A stretch of 64,000 nucleotides of DNA from Azolla caroliniana (Eukaryota > Plantae > Polypodiophyta). Shown here in pieces: positions 47,014 through 60,100 of this stretch. Each line of letters starts with the position of its first letter. Within the stretch, counting starts at the first letter, position 1. The notes under the pieces were generated by a model. The model was not told the origin of the DNA. It searched no databases and worked only from the letters and a program-made list of their open reading frames with translations. Position numbers and translations under genes: made by a program. Where the stretch lies: positions 2,356,001 through 2,420,000 of the forward strand of contig JBHGNT010000017.1 in NCBI GenBank assembly GCA_043228905.1, given 5' to 3'.

Positions 47014-48066
47014 CTTCTGCTCTTCTGCCGCCTCTTTCACGTCGGGTTCACCAAAGATGTCGAGTTATTACGCAAGTGCGTGTGGAAACGAGGCGGGACC
47101 GCGGGGGTCTCGAACCAAAGAGCAAGCGAGGGAGGAGAAAGAGAGAGAACCGGCTACGCAGGACCGGGAATACACAGGGACACGGCCCTTCAGCACGGAG
47201 AACGCGAACGAACACCGACACAGACAGATGCGAATGACTAAATATATATATCAAGAATGGCTAACACGACTACAACCCTCGATGGGGCACAGGTTGGTTA
47301 CAACCGAGCAGGCCGGCGAACAGATGCCGATGCCTGTTCGCTTCGACGCACAAGGGGTAGCCGGTCGGAGGTGCTGCCGGAAGCACTCGGGCGTTCCTCG
47401 AAACAGCGCGAGCCTCCTCGGAACCCTGCACAGAAAGCTATGGAGCTCGAGAAGGAAGGAAACAGAGAGAGAAGCGTCCAGAAACGGTCCGGCAGCACTT
47501 CGTCCTCCCTGCCCCAGATACCCCGCAACAGCTCTTTCCTGCTCCTTATATAGGCCGACGAGCAGGCCGTCATGTCAGCTTTATTCCCTGTCCCTTTTGG
47601 ACAGGGATTCGCTTCGTCCTTCACGCATCCGCGTAGTTACGCCGCCGACTCGTACGGTTCCTTCGCTCGCGCGCGCGACCGAAAAGACTGTTCGCGCGGT
47701 CTTTGTCTCCACTTGTGTTAGGGTCCGTTCCCGCCGATTATCCTCCCAATTCGCTTCTATGTACAACTCGGAGCGTGCGCGCGTGAAGAACCGGTTCCCA
47801 CGCCTTGGTGCGCCGATTCCGCCTATGGACGGTTTTCTTCACGACAGCGTGTGCGTGGAGAAACGAGGCGGGACCACCGGGGTCTTGAACCGAAGAGCAG
47901 GTGATAGAAGGGGAAAGAGAAAGAGAGAGACGCTCGGTCACGTATGAGCAAAGAACACAGGGGCACGGCCCGTCAACACAGAAGACGCGAATGGACATAG
48001 AGACAGGGAGGCATAAGTGTTTGTATATTAACGAATAACAAATACACAACAGAGCACACGAGTGGT

Positions 48067-48502
48067 CTAAAATATCCCCTTGAATGAAAGGGGATATTTT
48101 AGTCTCACTTTTGTAAAGTGTTATAAAAGGAGAGAGAAGGCACCATTGTGGGGGTTGCCTAATTTCCGGCCCGAGTAAGGTATACCACTGAGTCGAGGGG
48201 TCTACTTCTTCCCATTTCGTTTTAGGGTTAGGGTTTCGGTTAGGGTTTTCTTCTTGGGTTTTCCTTTAGGGTTTTTCATATAGTCGTTTGGTGTGGCCAT
48301 GGCGGCCACCATTTTGTTGTAATCATTCATTTCTTAATAGAACTTCTTGTTGAGTATCTTGATTGCATCTTCTTCTTCTATCATAATGTCATATTCGTTC
48401 TCTTCTCCTCTTGAGCTAATCTTTCTCCTCCACTCCCTAGTCCAAGACCCCCGTGGTCCCGCCCTTCTACACGCACGCGCGTAATAACGCGACATATTTG
48501 GT
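48067..48502 (+). other. Oppositely oriented LTR-end fragment of the Trp family, starting with a 15-bp hairpin
   Basis: CTAAAATATCCCCTT-gaatga-AAGGGGATATTTTAG; telomere-like TTAGGG units; ends ...AACGCGACA TATTTGGT. Confidence 0.65.
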
Positions 48503-51500
48503 TATGTAGATGGGAGTGCCTTTCTCGTAGACAGCCTTCCGGAGTGCCGGAGCTGCAGCAAAAGCCTCCTTCATCTTTCGGACTGACTCTGTATGCTCGT
48601 CTCGCCACTCGAATTTTCGCCCCTTTTTCAGCAACCCGTATAGTGGCTCGGCAACGTGGGCGTAATGCGGGATCCATATGTGGTAGAACGCGCATGCTCC
48701 CAAGAACCTCCGTACCTCCGTGACCAAGTTACAGTCGGGCTTCCTTGCGGAGATGGCTTCCACCTTAGCCGGAGACAGTTTCCGGCCATATGGTCCGCAT
48801 AGATGTCCGACGACCATGATCTCTAATTGCCCAAAGGCCGATTTCTCCCCGGAGAAGGTGAGCCTCGCGTCCTCTAGCCTCTGCAGTACCCTCTCGCAGT
48901 CGTCAATGTGTGTCGCCATGAATTTCCCGCATCCGTCCGGTCCGATCGTTTCGTCCTTTTTCTCCATCGGACATCCCTTGATCGGGATGTCGTCCAAGAA
49001 TGACATGGTGATGTCCGGGATACAATCCCTCAGCACCTTGTTCATCGCATTCACCATGTGGGCCACCGAATTCGTCCCTCCTTGTGGCAGGGTACACACC
49101 GCACTCGGCCGAGAGGAGTCCGCATCATTGTAATGTCTCTGCTCTCTACGGCTAGTTGGAACTGATCGTACCCCGAGTACAGATCATCGACCGAGTAGAT
49201 CGACCTTCCGGCGAAGGCCTCCGCGAACTCGTCTATCGTTGGTCTGATTCCTGCGTTCCGAATAGTCACTCTGTTGACCGGTTGCAGGTCTTGAATGAAG
49301 CGCAACGTCCCGTTCTTCTTCGGTACGGTAAACCACCGGTTCGAGTACGGGGCACTCAATGGTTCGAGGATGCCCATATCGACTTTCTGCCTTAGCAGCT
49401 CCATCAGCTCCAGGATGTGAGCTCTCGGTACCGGAATTGGTTTGAGACTCCACGGCACATGCGGTACCGTGAATATCACCATCGGCTAGAATGCGAAGGC
49501 TTTCCCGTGCCTTCCGAGCATTCTCCGAAACCGGTCTTCTTTCGCCGGCAGTAGGAACCCGCCCCCACCGATTTTGAGCTCCCGTAGCGTTTTGTCGGTG
49601 AAGGCGTGCCCTATGCAGGCCGGATCTCGTAAACTGGGGTCCGACGCGACCCCCTTGATTCGCAACTCACTGCCCTCCGGTAAGGGTGCCGCGACTGGCC
49701 TTACCTTCCGGTCCACAATCTTGTACTTTGTATTAACTCGGGCCGTCCGATTCGACTCGAGCCCTCGACTGAAGTCCGCGATGACTTCGTACATCTCTTC
49801 TGAACAAACCGGTATCATCCGGTCCTCTTTAAGGCCCTCTCCGACCACCTCTCGCAGTATTCCCAAGGTATTGTCGAAGGAGACCGCCTCCACGGCTCCG
49901 TTGATTTCCTCGCTGGGTCCGAGAACTCCGCACGCCCGAAGTCGCTCTTCCGCCCTTGTCTTTTCTCGGCCTACGATGCCGACTATCGTACACCCTCCGT
50001 TGTCGGAGAAACAAAACTTCCTACTTATGGTACAAGGTTTCTTCTGTTTTGCTTCTATCGTACATTTGTGGGGTTTTCCCGGAGTGTCCGGACTGTCGCG
50101 GCCCCACGCCTTGACATCCCTCTCTAAAAATCCTCTCGGTTCTCGCCACTGAGGGACTCGCGGTTTCGCTCGTGGTTCGGTCGCACCGTCAGGAACTGGA
50201 CCGAATGACGCCCGTCCTGACTCTTGACCCTTGTGTAAGCCGACCGTTGTCCAGCACCTTGGTCTCCATCCGCGCTGTCGTAATGTACGGTTCTCCCAGT
50301 ATGACCGGGTGCGAGGACATCTCCTGCACAAAGAAGTGTTGGTCTATCTCGACGTCGCCGATCTTGACTCGCACGTTTGGGCAGGTCCCGTGTAGTTCCT
50401 CGGTGGCGCGCGTCGCCGCCCGTATCTTCCACCCGTGCTTAGTGTTGATCGGCCATTTCCCCTTCTTGTAGAAGTCCATGGACATCAGGTTTATTTCCGA
50501 ACCGTGGTCCACCAGCGCCACCACCGGTTCCTGAACATCTCCGATCTTCACCGGGGTTTCCGTGGTCGCTCGGGCCCAGTGTGGCCTCGAATAGTGGCTC
50601 TCCGCCCAATCGTCTTCCAGCGCCATGTCCTCTATGTGCGCCGTCCGCACCTCCACCGGCCTTTCCAGTTCTGCCTCCGTCGACAGCCTCTTCCTCTTCA
50701 CCAAGTCCACGATGGAGTTGTGGAACTCCTTCTTGGCGATTCCGAGCACCTCCCGCAACGACAGTTCCACTTTGCTGTCGAGGATTCGTTCTTCCAGGAC
50801 CTTTCGTAGGTCCGTGGTCCTTTCAATCTCCATGCCCAAACGGTATCCGCCCTTCTTGTGGCTATCCCGGGCACTGGACTCACCGGCCTCGTTCCGTTTC
50901 GGCCCGAATCGGGTTTCGTATCTCTGTGAGGGTCCGGCCCCTCCGGTTTTACCTACCCGTTTGTCTTCAACCAGAGCCTCGTAGTTCTGGCAAGCTGCTT
51001 CGACGAAACCCGTCTTTTCTTCGACTGGGTCACTCCACCCGATTACCTCCTGGACCCGCTTCTCCGCGCGGTCCGCCTCGTCTCTCATTAGTCGGGCACC
51101 GGCGAGGCCTTCCAGCACCGTCGGCTAGAACCCGGCTTTGCTCTCCTTCCGGGCCTCGCTGCCTCCGACCCGAATACCGGCTGACGCTGAGTAGTGGACG
51201 GTCTCCGCATGCCGGGCTGCCGCCTCTTCGATCAGCCTTTTCATTCCTCCTCGCCCATCGTTTCGGTTCAGGGCCCTCCGGGTATCGCTAGCGTGCACCC
51301 GACCTTCCCACAGGTACACTACCCGGCTTCTCAAAGCCTCCGTAAAGTCCCCGCAGTCTTTCCGAATGTGGCTGACCTCGTCGCACCACATGCACCTACT
51401 TCCTGCCGGAGGCCGTCGGTCACGAGCCTGATCGCCGCCTTCCCTCCGAGCCTGGGCGATCTGGAGATCCTTTACCGCTCATGTAAACTCCTCCAAAGTT

Positions 51501-54500
51501 GTTCCCCCGGACGAGCCTCTGACCACGCCGGTCGAAGCCGAACCGGTTTCGAGCCACTCTCGGGTCTCTTCCCTTCGCGCCTGCGGTATCGGTTCGAGCT
51601 TCCTTGTTGCGACAGGTCCCGCCCCGGTCGCCTTTGTATTAGCCCACTCCCACCGTTTGTCAAAACGGCCGCAGACTCTTTTTACCGCGGCCCAGTTGGC
51701 CGTCAGCCCGTCTTCGGTTTCCAGTAAGGAGCCCACTTGCCCCCGATCCCGTGCATCAACCGATTTGACAAACAATAGGACACGACTTGTGTCCAGAACG
51801 GTCCGATCGAGCGCTGAAAGGCGTGCAAAGCGTTCCTCAAACTCCCGGAGGAGTACCGACGCATTTCTTCCTTTGTTGGGGGACCCCACCCACTCCATGA
51901 AGCCCTGCTTCGAAAGTCGAAGCGCGTCATCCAACCCGTATTTCTCCAGGAGCCGTCCTTCGAACTCCTCCTAGGTTCGGCTCTCTGCCCGGACTTCGAG
52001 CATCTCCGCATGGATGCCGGGCATCGCCACTCGAGGGAATCCGGCAAGACGCCTCTCTTCCGGAATATCCCTCATCAACATCTCCGCCCGGTAGGACGCC
52101 AAATAACTCGTGGCATCCTTTCCACTGAACCGGCCGATCATACCAACGATCGCCTCAATAGCCCTGTCAAGGGCACCGGTGCCCTCGCGCGCGCTCACTA
52201 TCCAGTCCACGGCCGAAGCCATGGCCTCTGCAAGATCCGACCCCCTCATCTCCGCTCCTCTACCGCCTCTTCACATCGGGTTCACCAAATACGTCACGTT
52301 GTTACGCGCATGCGTGGAGAAACGAGGCGGGACCACCGGGGTCTTGAACCGAAGAGTAGGTGATAGATGGGGAAAGAGAAAGAGAGAGACGCCCGGTCAC
52401 GTATGAGCAAAGAACACAGGGGCACGGCCCATCAACACAGAAGATGTGAATGGACACAGAGACAGGGAGGCACAAGTGTTTGTATATTAATGAATAACAA
52501 ATACACAACAGAGCACGCGAGTGGTTACAACCAAACAGGCCGGCGAACAGATGCCGATGCCTGTTCGTCTGCGCACGAGAGGAAAAAAAAAAGGGTGGAG
52601 GTGCTGTCGGAAGCACACGGGCGTTCCTCGAAGCAGCGCGAGCCTCCCGAAAACCTGCAGAGAAGAGCGATGGAGAACGAACAGAGGAGAAGCGTTCGGT
52701 TACGGTCCGACAACACTTCGTCCTCCTTAATGCGCGATCCCTTCTCCCTACGTCTCCCTCTCCTTTATAGCGTCAAGAAGGGAGCCGTCTCCCTCATTTA
52801 CTTCCTACCTACCGAATCTAACTACCCAGGATATACCTATGTACCTAATTCCCTATTATATACATTAAGGGTGCGCACACGTGAAGAGCCGGTTCACGCG
52901 CGCTATGCACCGATTGCGCTAAGGGACGGTTTTCTTCACGACAGCGTTCTGGAAATAAGCAAGATTTTAATGATCACTAAAGACAATGACCTGATGTGGA
53001 GAGCCCTCTAAGAAATGCCGCCATTACACAAATGAATCCACGATGGCTAATAACTCCTTGTCATGTATTTCGTAGTTGATTTCCTCAACATCGAATTTGC
53101 GCGAATGGAAAGCCACCGGATGCAACTCTTCTTTATCTCCTTGTTGAGAAAGGATGCTACCGAGGGCGAAATCTGAAGCATCGGCCTCCATGATGAATGG
53201 TTTACTAGTATCCACATGAGCTAGAGTCGGTGTTGATGTAAAGGCTTTCTTAAGATGCCGAAAAGCCATATCTGCTTCAATGGACCAAAGAAATGCTTGG
53301 CCCTTCTTCGTAAGTTGTGTGAGGGGTAAGATAATCTTCGAGTAATCCTGTATAAACTTACGGTAGAAGTTAGCAAAACCTAGAAAACATTGTACATCTC
53401 GTACCGACCGTGGAATTTGCCACTCTAGTACAGTTTGGACTTTAGCTGGATCCATGGTGATGCCCTTTGAGGAGATGACGTAGCCTAGAAATTCCACTTG
53501 CTTGCAGTCAAAGCTACATTTTTCTAGCTTGGCATAAAGACCATTCTCGCGGAGTCGCTTTAATACTAATAGTACATGAGAATCGTGCTCTTGCTGGGTC
53601 TTCGAATAAATCAATAGATCATCAAGATAGATGATCAAACAGATATCCAAGAGGTCTCTGAATATATCATTTGCCATGTGTTGGAAGACTACGGGTGCAT
53701 TGGTTAGGCCGAATGGCATAACAGTATACTCGAAATGCCCATACCGCGTGCGAAAGGCGGTCTTCCATTCATCTCCCGGTCGGATCCGCACGAGGTTATA
53801 CGCTCCTCGTAGATCGATTTTGGTAAAAAACTTGGCACCATTAACTCGCTCTAGAAGACTTGATATAAGAGGAAGTGCATACCTATTCCGGATGGTGACC
53901 TTATTCAATCCGCGGTAATCAACGACGAGACGAAGTGAGCCATCTTTCTTCTTGACAAAGAAGATGGGTGCACCGGCCGGAGATTTCGAATGACGGATGA
54001 ACCCGCTTGCCAAGTTCTCCTCGATGTAGGCTCGAAGAACTTCTAACTCGGTGGGTGACAAGTTGTAAATTGGTCCCCATGGTGGTTCGGTTCCTGGTTG
54101 TAAATCAATGGGACAGTCATAGGGACGGTGATGAGGAAGGGTACCGGCTTTTACCTTGTCAAATACATCGGCATAAGGATGATATTTTGCCGAAAGTTGT
54201 ACTGAGGAGTCCTTCTTAATAGTGCTGGAAGGATGTACTGATATTGCAAATGGGAACATTGCCTCCTTGTGTCCTTCTTCGCGTAATTGATGGAGTGAAA
54301 TGGTCGAAACTCGGTGAGTAGATTCTTGGGGTGGTCGATATCGGACTTCTCTTGTTCTCCAATCTATGGCTGGATTATGTAATTCAAACCAAGGTAATCC
54401 TAGGACAATGGGATGCTCTGGACTACTAATTATATTAAATGATATTACACACACAAAACTACCTAGGATAACTTGAATGGGTTCTGATTCTTCTACAATA

Positions 54501-56500
54501 TTCCCGGAAGCAATGGGACGACCATCAATGACTACTATAGATGCGGGACAAGGAAATTTTCTTAGGGATATCTAAGAAGCTTGGGCAAAATTTCGATCCA
54601 TGAAACAGGAATTAGCTCCGGAATCTAAGAGTGCGAGGACGGGTACTGAGGGAGTACTTTTAGTACTAACAATGACTTGGGCTAGGAACACATTGTTAAC
54701 TTGCTTGGAAGGAATGGAACCACTAATGGGTTGTACAGATCTAGGGCTGCTGTCCAACCAAACGGCTCCTATTTTGGCTGGACTCAATCGTTTAACTCTT
54801 CATCTAATTGACTAAGGATTTCAAATTTGTTTGAGATACTTGGGCTATTAATACTATGAATACTATCTGACACTCTATTAATACTATTAATACTATCAGA
54901 CACTCCGAAGGGAAGAATTAACTCGGGTTTAGTACAAGCGATGATTTGATTTACCTGTCTTCTTGGCCTATGGGGACAATTGATGGCGATATGCCCTGGT
55001 CCACCGCAATAAAGACATAATCGATTGGCACGTCGTCGTTGCTTTTCTTCTTCCGATAACGAGCCACGTCGACGCATGGTGTCGATCTCCATCGGTGTCG
55101 GAATATTGGCTTGAGGTACATCGCGTGCAAACGGTTTAGCCGTGACTGAGGCGTATGTGGGTTCCGACCGAGAGCGTGGTATTTGTAACTGACGCTCCGA
55201 ACCCCGTTCGAAAAGGCGGTTGTCGCATCGGACCGCTCGACTGATTGCCTCCGTAAGAGACTTTGGTTCTTCGGGGAAGGTTAAAAGCAGATCTTTGACA
55301 TCATTGCGCAAGCCGTAGCGAAACTGCTCAATGAGGGCCTGATCATCCCAGGGAATATCTGAGGCGAGTAGACGGAAATCCGCCGCGTAGGCAGAGGCTG
55401 GACGATCGCCTTGACGCAATCTTCGGATTTTGTTGATAGTCGTCCTGATGTTGTCGGTATCTCCAAAGCAGGCTTTAAACTCACCAATAAAATCTTCAAA
55501 GTTATTAAGCAAGGGTGATTGTTTTTCTAGAAGCGGAGCGAACCATGCCAAGGCTGAGCCGCTAAGTAACGTGCCTATTAGGCCGACTCGAGATGCATCA
55601 GTGGGATATCGGGAAGGATGCATCTGGATGACTGAGCGTACCTGATTAAGGAATCCCCGGAATTGCGATCGCGTTCCATCAAATTTCACAGGAAGTCCAA
55701 TCTTGGGCTCTTTATGAAATCCTTGGGGACTTGAACCTTGTTGTTGCAACGCTGCTTCGAGTTGTTGTACCCGTAATGCTAACTCCCCATGTTGTTGTTG
55801 CGTTTGTTGTTTTTCGAGAGCGATTTGTTGCAGATCCCCTATCAACAGTTGGTTTTCTTGTTCCAGAGCAACAAACTTTTCTTTTAGGCACTATAACTCG
55901 GACAAAACAGATTGATATTCTTGGGCGCTAACAGTAGCCATAGTATAGGGAAAAGGGTAGGAGGAAAGGAAAATTTGGTTCAAACTGTCAGGAATAGTAC
56001 TAAAGCAGAGATGGAATTAGTACTAAGAAGAGAAGTACTATTAGTACTAAGAGGACGGGACTGCGTAAGATTCCCGAGAGAGGAAGTGAGAAGAGGACAG
56101 AGAGAGAGAGATAGCGAGGATGAGAGAGAGAGAAAGATGATGACAGCAGCTAATATATTATGTGAAAAGATAAGTACAAGCGGCTGAGAGGCTTAACACT
56201 GGCGTTGAACCAATTTGGTTCAACATAATGCCTAGTGCCTTCTTTTATAGTGTTGTCAAGAGTAATCCTGAAACTTCTAGAATGTTCCAGAGAAATTTGG
56301 AATATACATTACTTTCTTATAATAAAACATAAATGAAAATAATATCCTATGAATTACAATAGATGGTGTGATGGTTAAGAGCTCGACCCATATACCATAA
56401 GGTCATGGGTTCGAGTCTTGCCATATCATGACACTTAGAGGCCTACAAATCTGAAATGCAGATGAGGAATATACCCGAGGATAGACGGCTGACAGGGTTT

Positions 56501-56704
56501 CCTCGGGTCATCACACCACACATCCATACAGAGATGGCCGAAATACAAGTGGGCTGCCGTGATTGGGCGGAATTCGCAGACGAAGTTCTCGAAAGATACA
56601 AAACCCTCGGGTCATCACACCACACATCCATACAGAGATGGCCGAAATACAAGTGGGCTGCCGTGATTGGGCGGAATTCGCAGACGAAGTTCTCGAAAGA
56701 TACA
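56501..56704 (+). repeat. 100-bp tandem duplication in the W3 gag (56501-56600 / 56605-56704)
   Basis: PRVITPHIHTEMAEIQVGCRDWAEFADEVLERY is encoded twice. Confidence 0.9.
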
Positions 56705-57193
56705 GCTACAACGACTCGCTCCGGTTATCGAGAAAGGACTTTATGGATTGGGTCAACAGCCCCGACAAGGGTCAGAATGCTTCAACGCTCCTCCAGGAGT
56801 TCGAGTCACGGTTCATGCGGCTCTCTAGATTGAACTGAACCGTGCTCGAAACTAGCAAAGTCCTATTTTTCGTTACGTCGTTCGACTCGCGCATCTGGGA
56901 AAGTGTGGGTCTTCTTCTTGAAACCAACCGCGGTCTCACGACTAATTGGGTGACCGTCAAAGAAGTATGCAGAGGATTGACAAACGCCGAGATTGGAAAG
57001 AAAAGGGGTCCTCGTCAGCCGGACCAGCTGTCGAAACTGGAGTCGAGCCCACACCGACCCGAATGGAAGAAATGAGGAGGTGGCTCGAGCTAGGCCAATC
57101 CCCAGCAAACGAAGTCGCGGGATCTGCAGGCGGCATAGGACTCGAAGAACTAACAAGGATGGTGCGCAACCTCTAGATCGCCCAGGCCCGACG

Positions 57194-60100
57194 TGTCGAA
57201 TACGAGTGTATAATGGCCGTATTCACATTGTCCCTTTGGACAGCCCAAGTTTGGGCCATTTCTGTAAATAGCATAAAGGGCAATTGCTCTAGGATAGTCA
57301 CTATATAAAGTGACTTTGTAACCTTTAGTGTAGGTTGGTTGTTATTTTGTAACTGTTGCTATTGAGAAATATAACGTTTCTTTTGTGCCTATCTCTCTCT
57401 CTCTTCATGTCTATCTTGCTCATTCGCATACACAGGTTCTTCTTCATCACGAATGTTGCTTGCACTTCCACATTGACGGCCTTGTTTCCGAACATTTGGT
57501 ATCAGAGCGTTGGGGGTTCTTCAACCCGCTGTCGGCCGTCATCGAACACCACAACATTCTATTCTGGTAACTTCTTGAAGAATAGAGAAGAGAGAAGACA
57601 AACAAGAAGTTTGCATCTCACTGTGTTAAATCACTAATTGGAGTAAGCTAGGCGGCTGTACTCTGTTCCTATGATTGTCACCACTTGAGGTGAGCTCCCT
57701 GTGCAACACCCGACCCAATCATGCTTCATTCGGTTAAACAACATCTGAATAGATCACTGGACGTTATTCACCCGCTTGTTGTAACCATGCGCTGCAGATT
57801 GGTGTCCTAGCAACAACCAAATTCATGCTTCATTTGGCTGATCGACATTCGGAAGGATTAGTTGGATCCGTCCCTCTCATCACTGTAGTCATCCGAAGCA
57901 GAATCGGCCCAAACAATCGGTTTCTCGTAATCGGTATTCGGCATACAATCGGAAGCTAATCGGGCTCCCGCCGACTCGGCAACATTCAGGAAGACCAGTT
58001 GGTTCTATCCCTCAAGTTACCGCAGTCACTCCGAGCAAGTTCAGCAACAAGTATCCGAAACCAAACTGACTAGGGTTCAAAACTGACTAGACCGATATCG
58101 GGTGAGCCGACCGGCTGCACCCCACTAAGGTTTGTAGTCAACTCCGAACCAAGTCTTACCAACCGAAACCGAAGCAGATGGCATCAACATCTGTTTCATT
58201 GGAGATGAGTCTAAGGAGGTTTGACGGTTCGAACTTCAACTTCTAGAAGGAACAAATGCAGGACTATCTCATAGTCAAGGGTCAAATAGACCCGATTGAG
58301 AATGAAAATCCTCTAGAAGCGTACAAGGCAAACGAGTGGCTAAAGCTGGACAGAATTGCCCGCGCCATGATTCAAATGCACTTGTCGGAATCAGTGTACT
58401 TCACAGTGCAATCATGCACGACAACATTTGAACTTTGGAAAACATTGTCGGAAACTTATGAAAAGAAGGTCGCCTCAACGAAGATGTATCTGATCCGACG
58501 TGTCTACAACTTGCGGATGAAAGAATCCAATTCGGTTCAGGCACACCTCAACGAGTACGAAAGCATAAGCTCCCAAATCTCATCTCAGGGGACGGCAATC
58601 GAGGATGAATTCAGAGCAATGATATTCATGAGTAGCCTCCCCTCCTCATGGGAAACTTTCGTTACAACCGTGTGCAATGCTTCAATGACTACCGTTAAGT
58701 ACTCCAAAGTCACGAACGCAATCCTGACTGAAGTAGCTTGGAGAAAGTCTTTCGCCAAAGACCCGGCTGATGAAGCTTACGTAGTACAAGGTTTGATCGA
58801 CCGATCGAACAACTGAGGAAGAAGTTCTTCCCGACCGCCAAATAATCAGCGAAGCCAGAGCAAGTCCCGGGACAACCGAATCTGCAAGTACTGCAAGAAA
58901 CCCGGACACATCAAAGCCGACTGTCGGGCACTCAAAGCAAAAACCGGCAAAGCTTATAGAGTGGATCAGAAGAGTAGCTGGCATGAGGAGGTCAACTACG
59001 TCGGCTCTTCAACCGAAATTTGGACGACCGACCCAAACATATTGTCCATAGAGAACCTAGTTGAATTAGAAGTTCTACTTATGACTGAGGATTCGAGCAC
59101 ATGGCTCCTGGACTCGGGCACATCGTATCATGTGACACCTCACCGATCTCAGTTTCGGCAATACTCAAACCGGCACTCCGACTCAGTTCGAGTCGGAAAC
59201 TTGCAGCACTGTGCTATAATCGAAATCGCCACCGTAGAGCTCAACCTTCCGGGTGGCTCTACACTCGTACTACACAACGTCTAACACGTTCTTGAGCTTT
59301 CAAGTCCCTTGATCTCAATCGGACAACTTGACGAACCCGGTATCCGTGTCGGGTTCTCATCAAGAGGGTGGACACTCCATAAAGGGAACCTCCTGCTTGC
59401 TCGAGGACCAAAGGTACACTCTTTGTACCCTTTATATGTCATGCTCAATGAGGGTGACTTATTTCTGGTTGATATCCCCGTGTCATCGTTATGGCACGGA
59501 CGACTTGGACACCTCAACAAGGCATGCATAACACACCTACCAAGAGCCAGTTACATTCCCAAACTCTCCTTCTCAGATCACCAATTCTGCGAGCATTGCC
59601 AGTATGGCAAACATGTAACCATATCACACCCGACATCAGCACCAAGAGAATTGAGTCCCCTCGATTTGGTCCACTCGGACATCTGTGGCCCGATGCCACA
59701 TCAGTCTCTCGGTGGGGCTTCGTACTTCATCAATTTTATTGACGACTCGACTCGGAAGGTGTGGACTTACCCCATAAGAACCAAAGATCATGTGTTCTCG
59801 ATCTTCTCCGAATGGCTTGCAATGGTCGAAAATCAAACCGATCGGAAACTGAAATGTCTCCGAACCGACAACGAAGGAGAATTCAAGTCTAAAGAATTCG
59901 TCAAATTTTGCCAGGGACGCGGCATTCGACGTGAATACACGGCACCTTATAGTCCGGAGGAGAACGGAATTGTAGAACGCATGAATTAGATGATTCAAGA
60001 ACGCATAATATCCATGCTCCAACACTCTGGACTGTCGGATGGCTTTGGGCTGAGGCTCTACTTACGGCAGTACACATAATCAATATGTCGCCAAGTAAAC

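Larger units (their letters stand above)
40548..47846 (-). mobile_element. tRNA-Trp-primed gypsy copy W1 (inner), very young
   Basis: 789-bp LTRs 47058-47846 and 40548-41336 with no differences seen; TSD GCGT at 40544-40547 and 47847-47850; 18-nt PBS 47036-47053; PPT about 41337-41350. Confidence 0.97.
40530..52943 (-). mobile_element. tRNA-Trp-primed gypsy copy W2 (outer), degenerate and rearranged
   Basis: 5' LTR 52292-52943; PBS 52270-52287; 3' LTR pieces 40530-40547 and 47851-48066; TSD GCAT (40526-40529) / GCGT (52944-52947); gag-PR and RT (FLDD) relics; RH-IN missing. Confidence 0.9.
38347..56433 (-). mobile_element. Chromovirus B, full length, degenerate, interrupted in RH by W2
   Basis: LTRs 55986-56433 and 38347-38785; TSD CTTAG at 38342-38346 and 56434-56438; gag 54784-55941; RT 53024-54454; IN and chromodomain 38797-40338. 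Confidence 0.95.

Noticed and set aside
47036-47053. tRNA-Trp gene fragment
   Set aside because: Exactly 18 nt including CCA next to an LTR, so it is a primer binding site.
40460-47947. Long plus-strand ORFs (40460-41461, 44182-45399, 46046-46858, 46874-47947)
   Set aside because: Antisense shadows of GC-rich gag/pol and LTR sequence; they cross element boundaries and show no recognisable domains.
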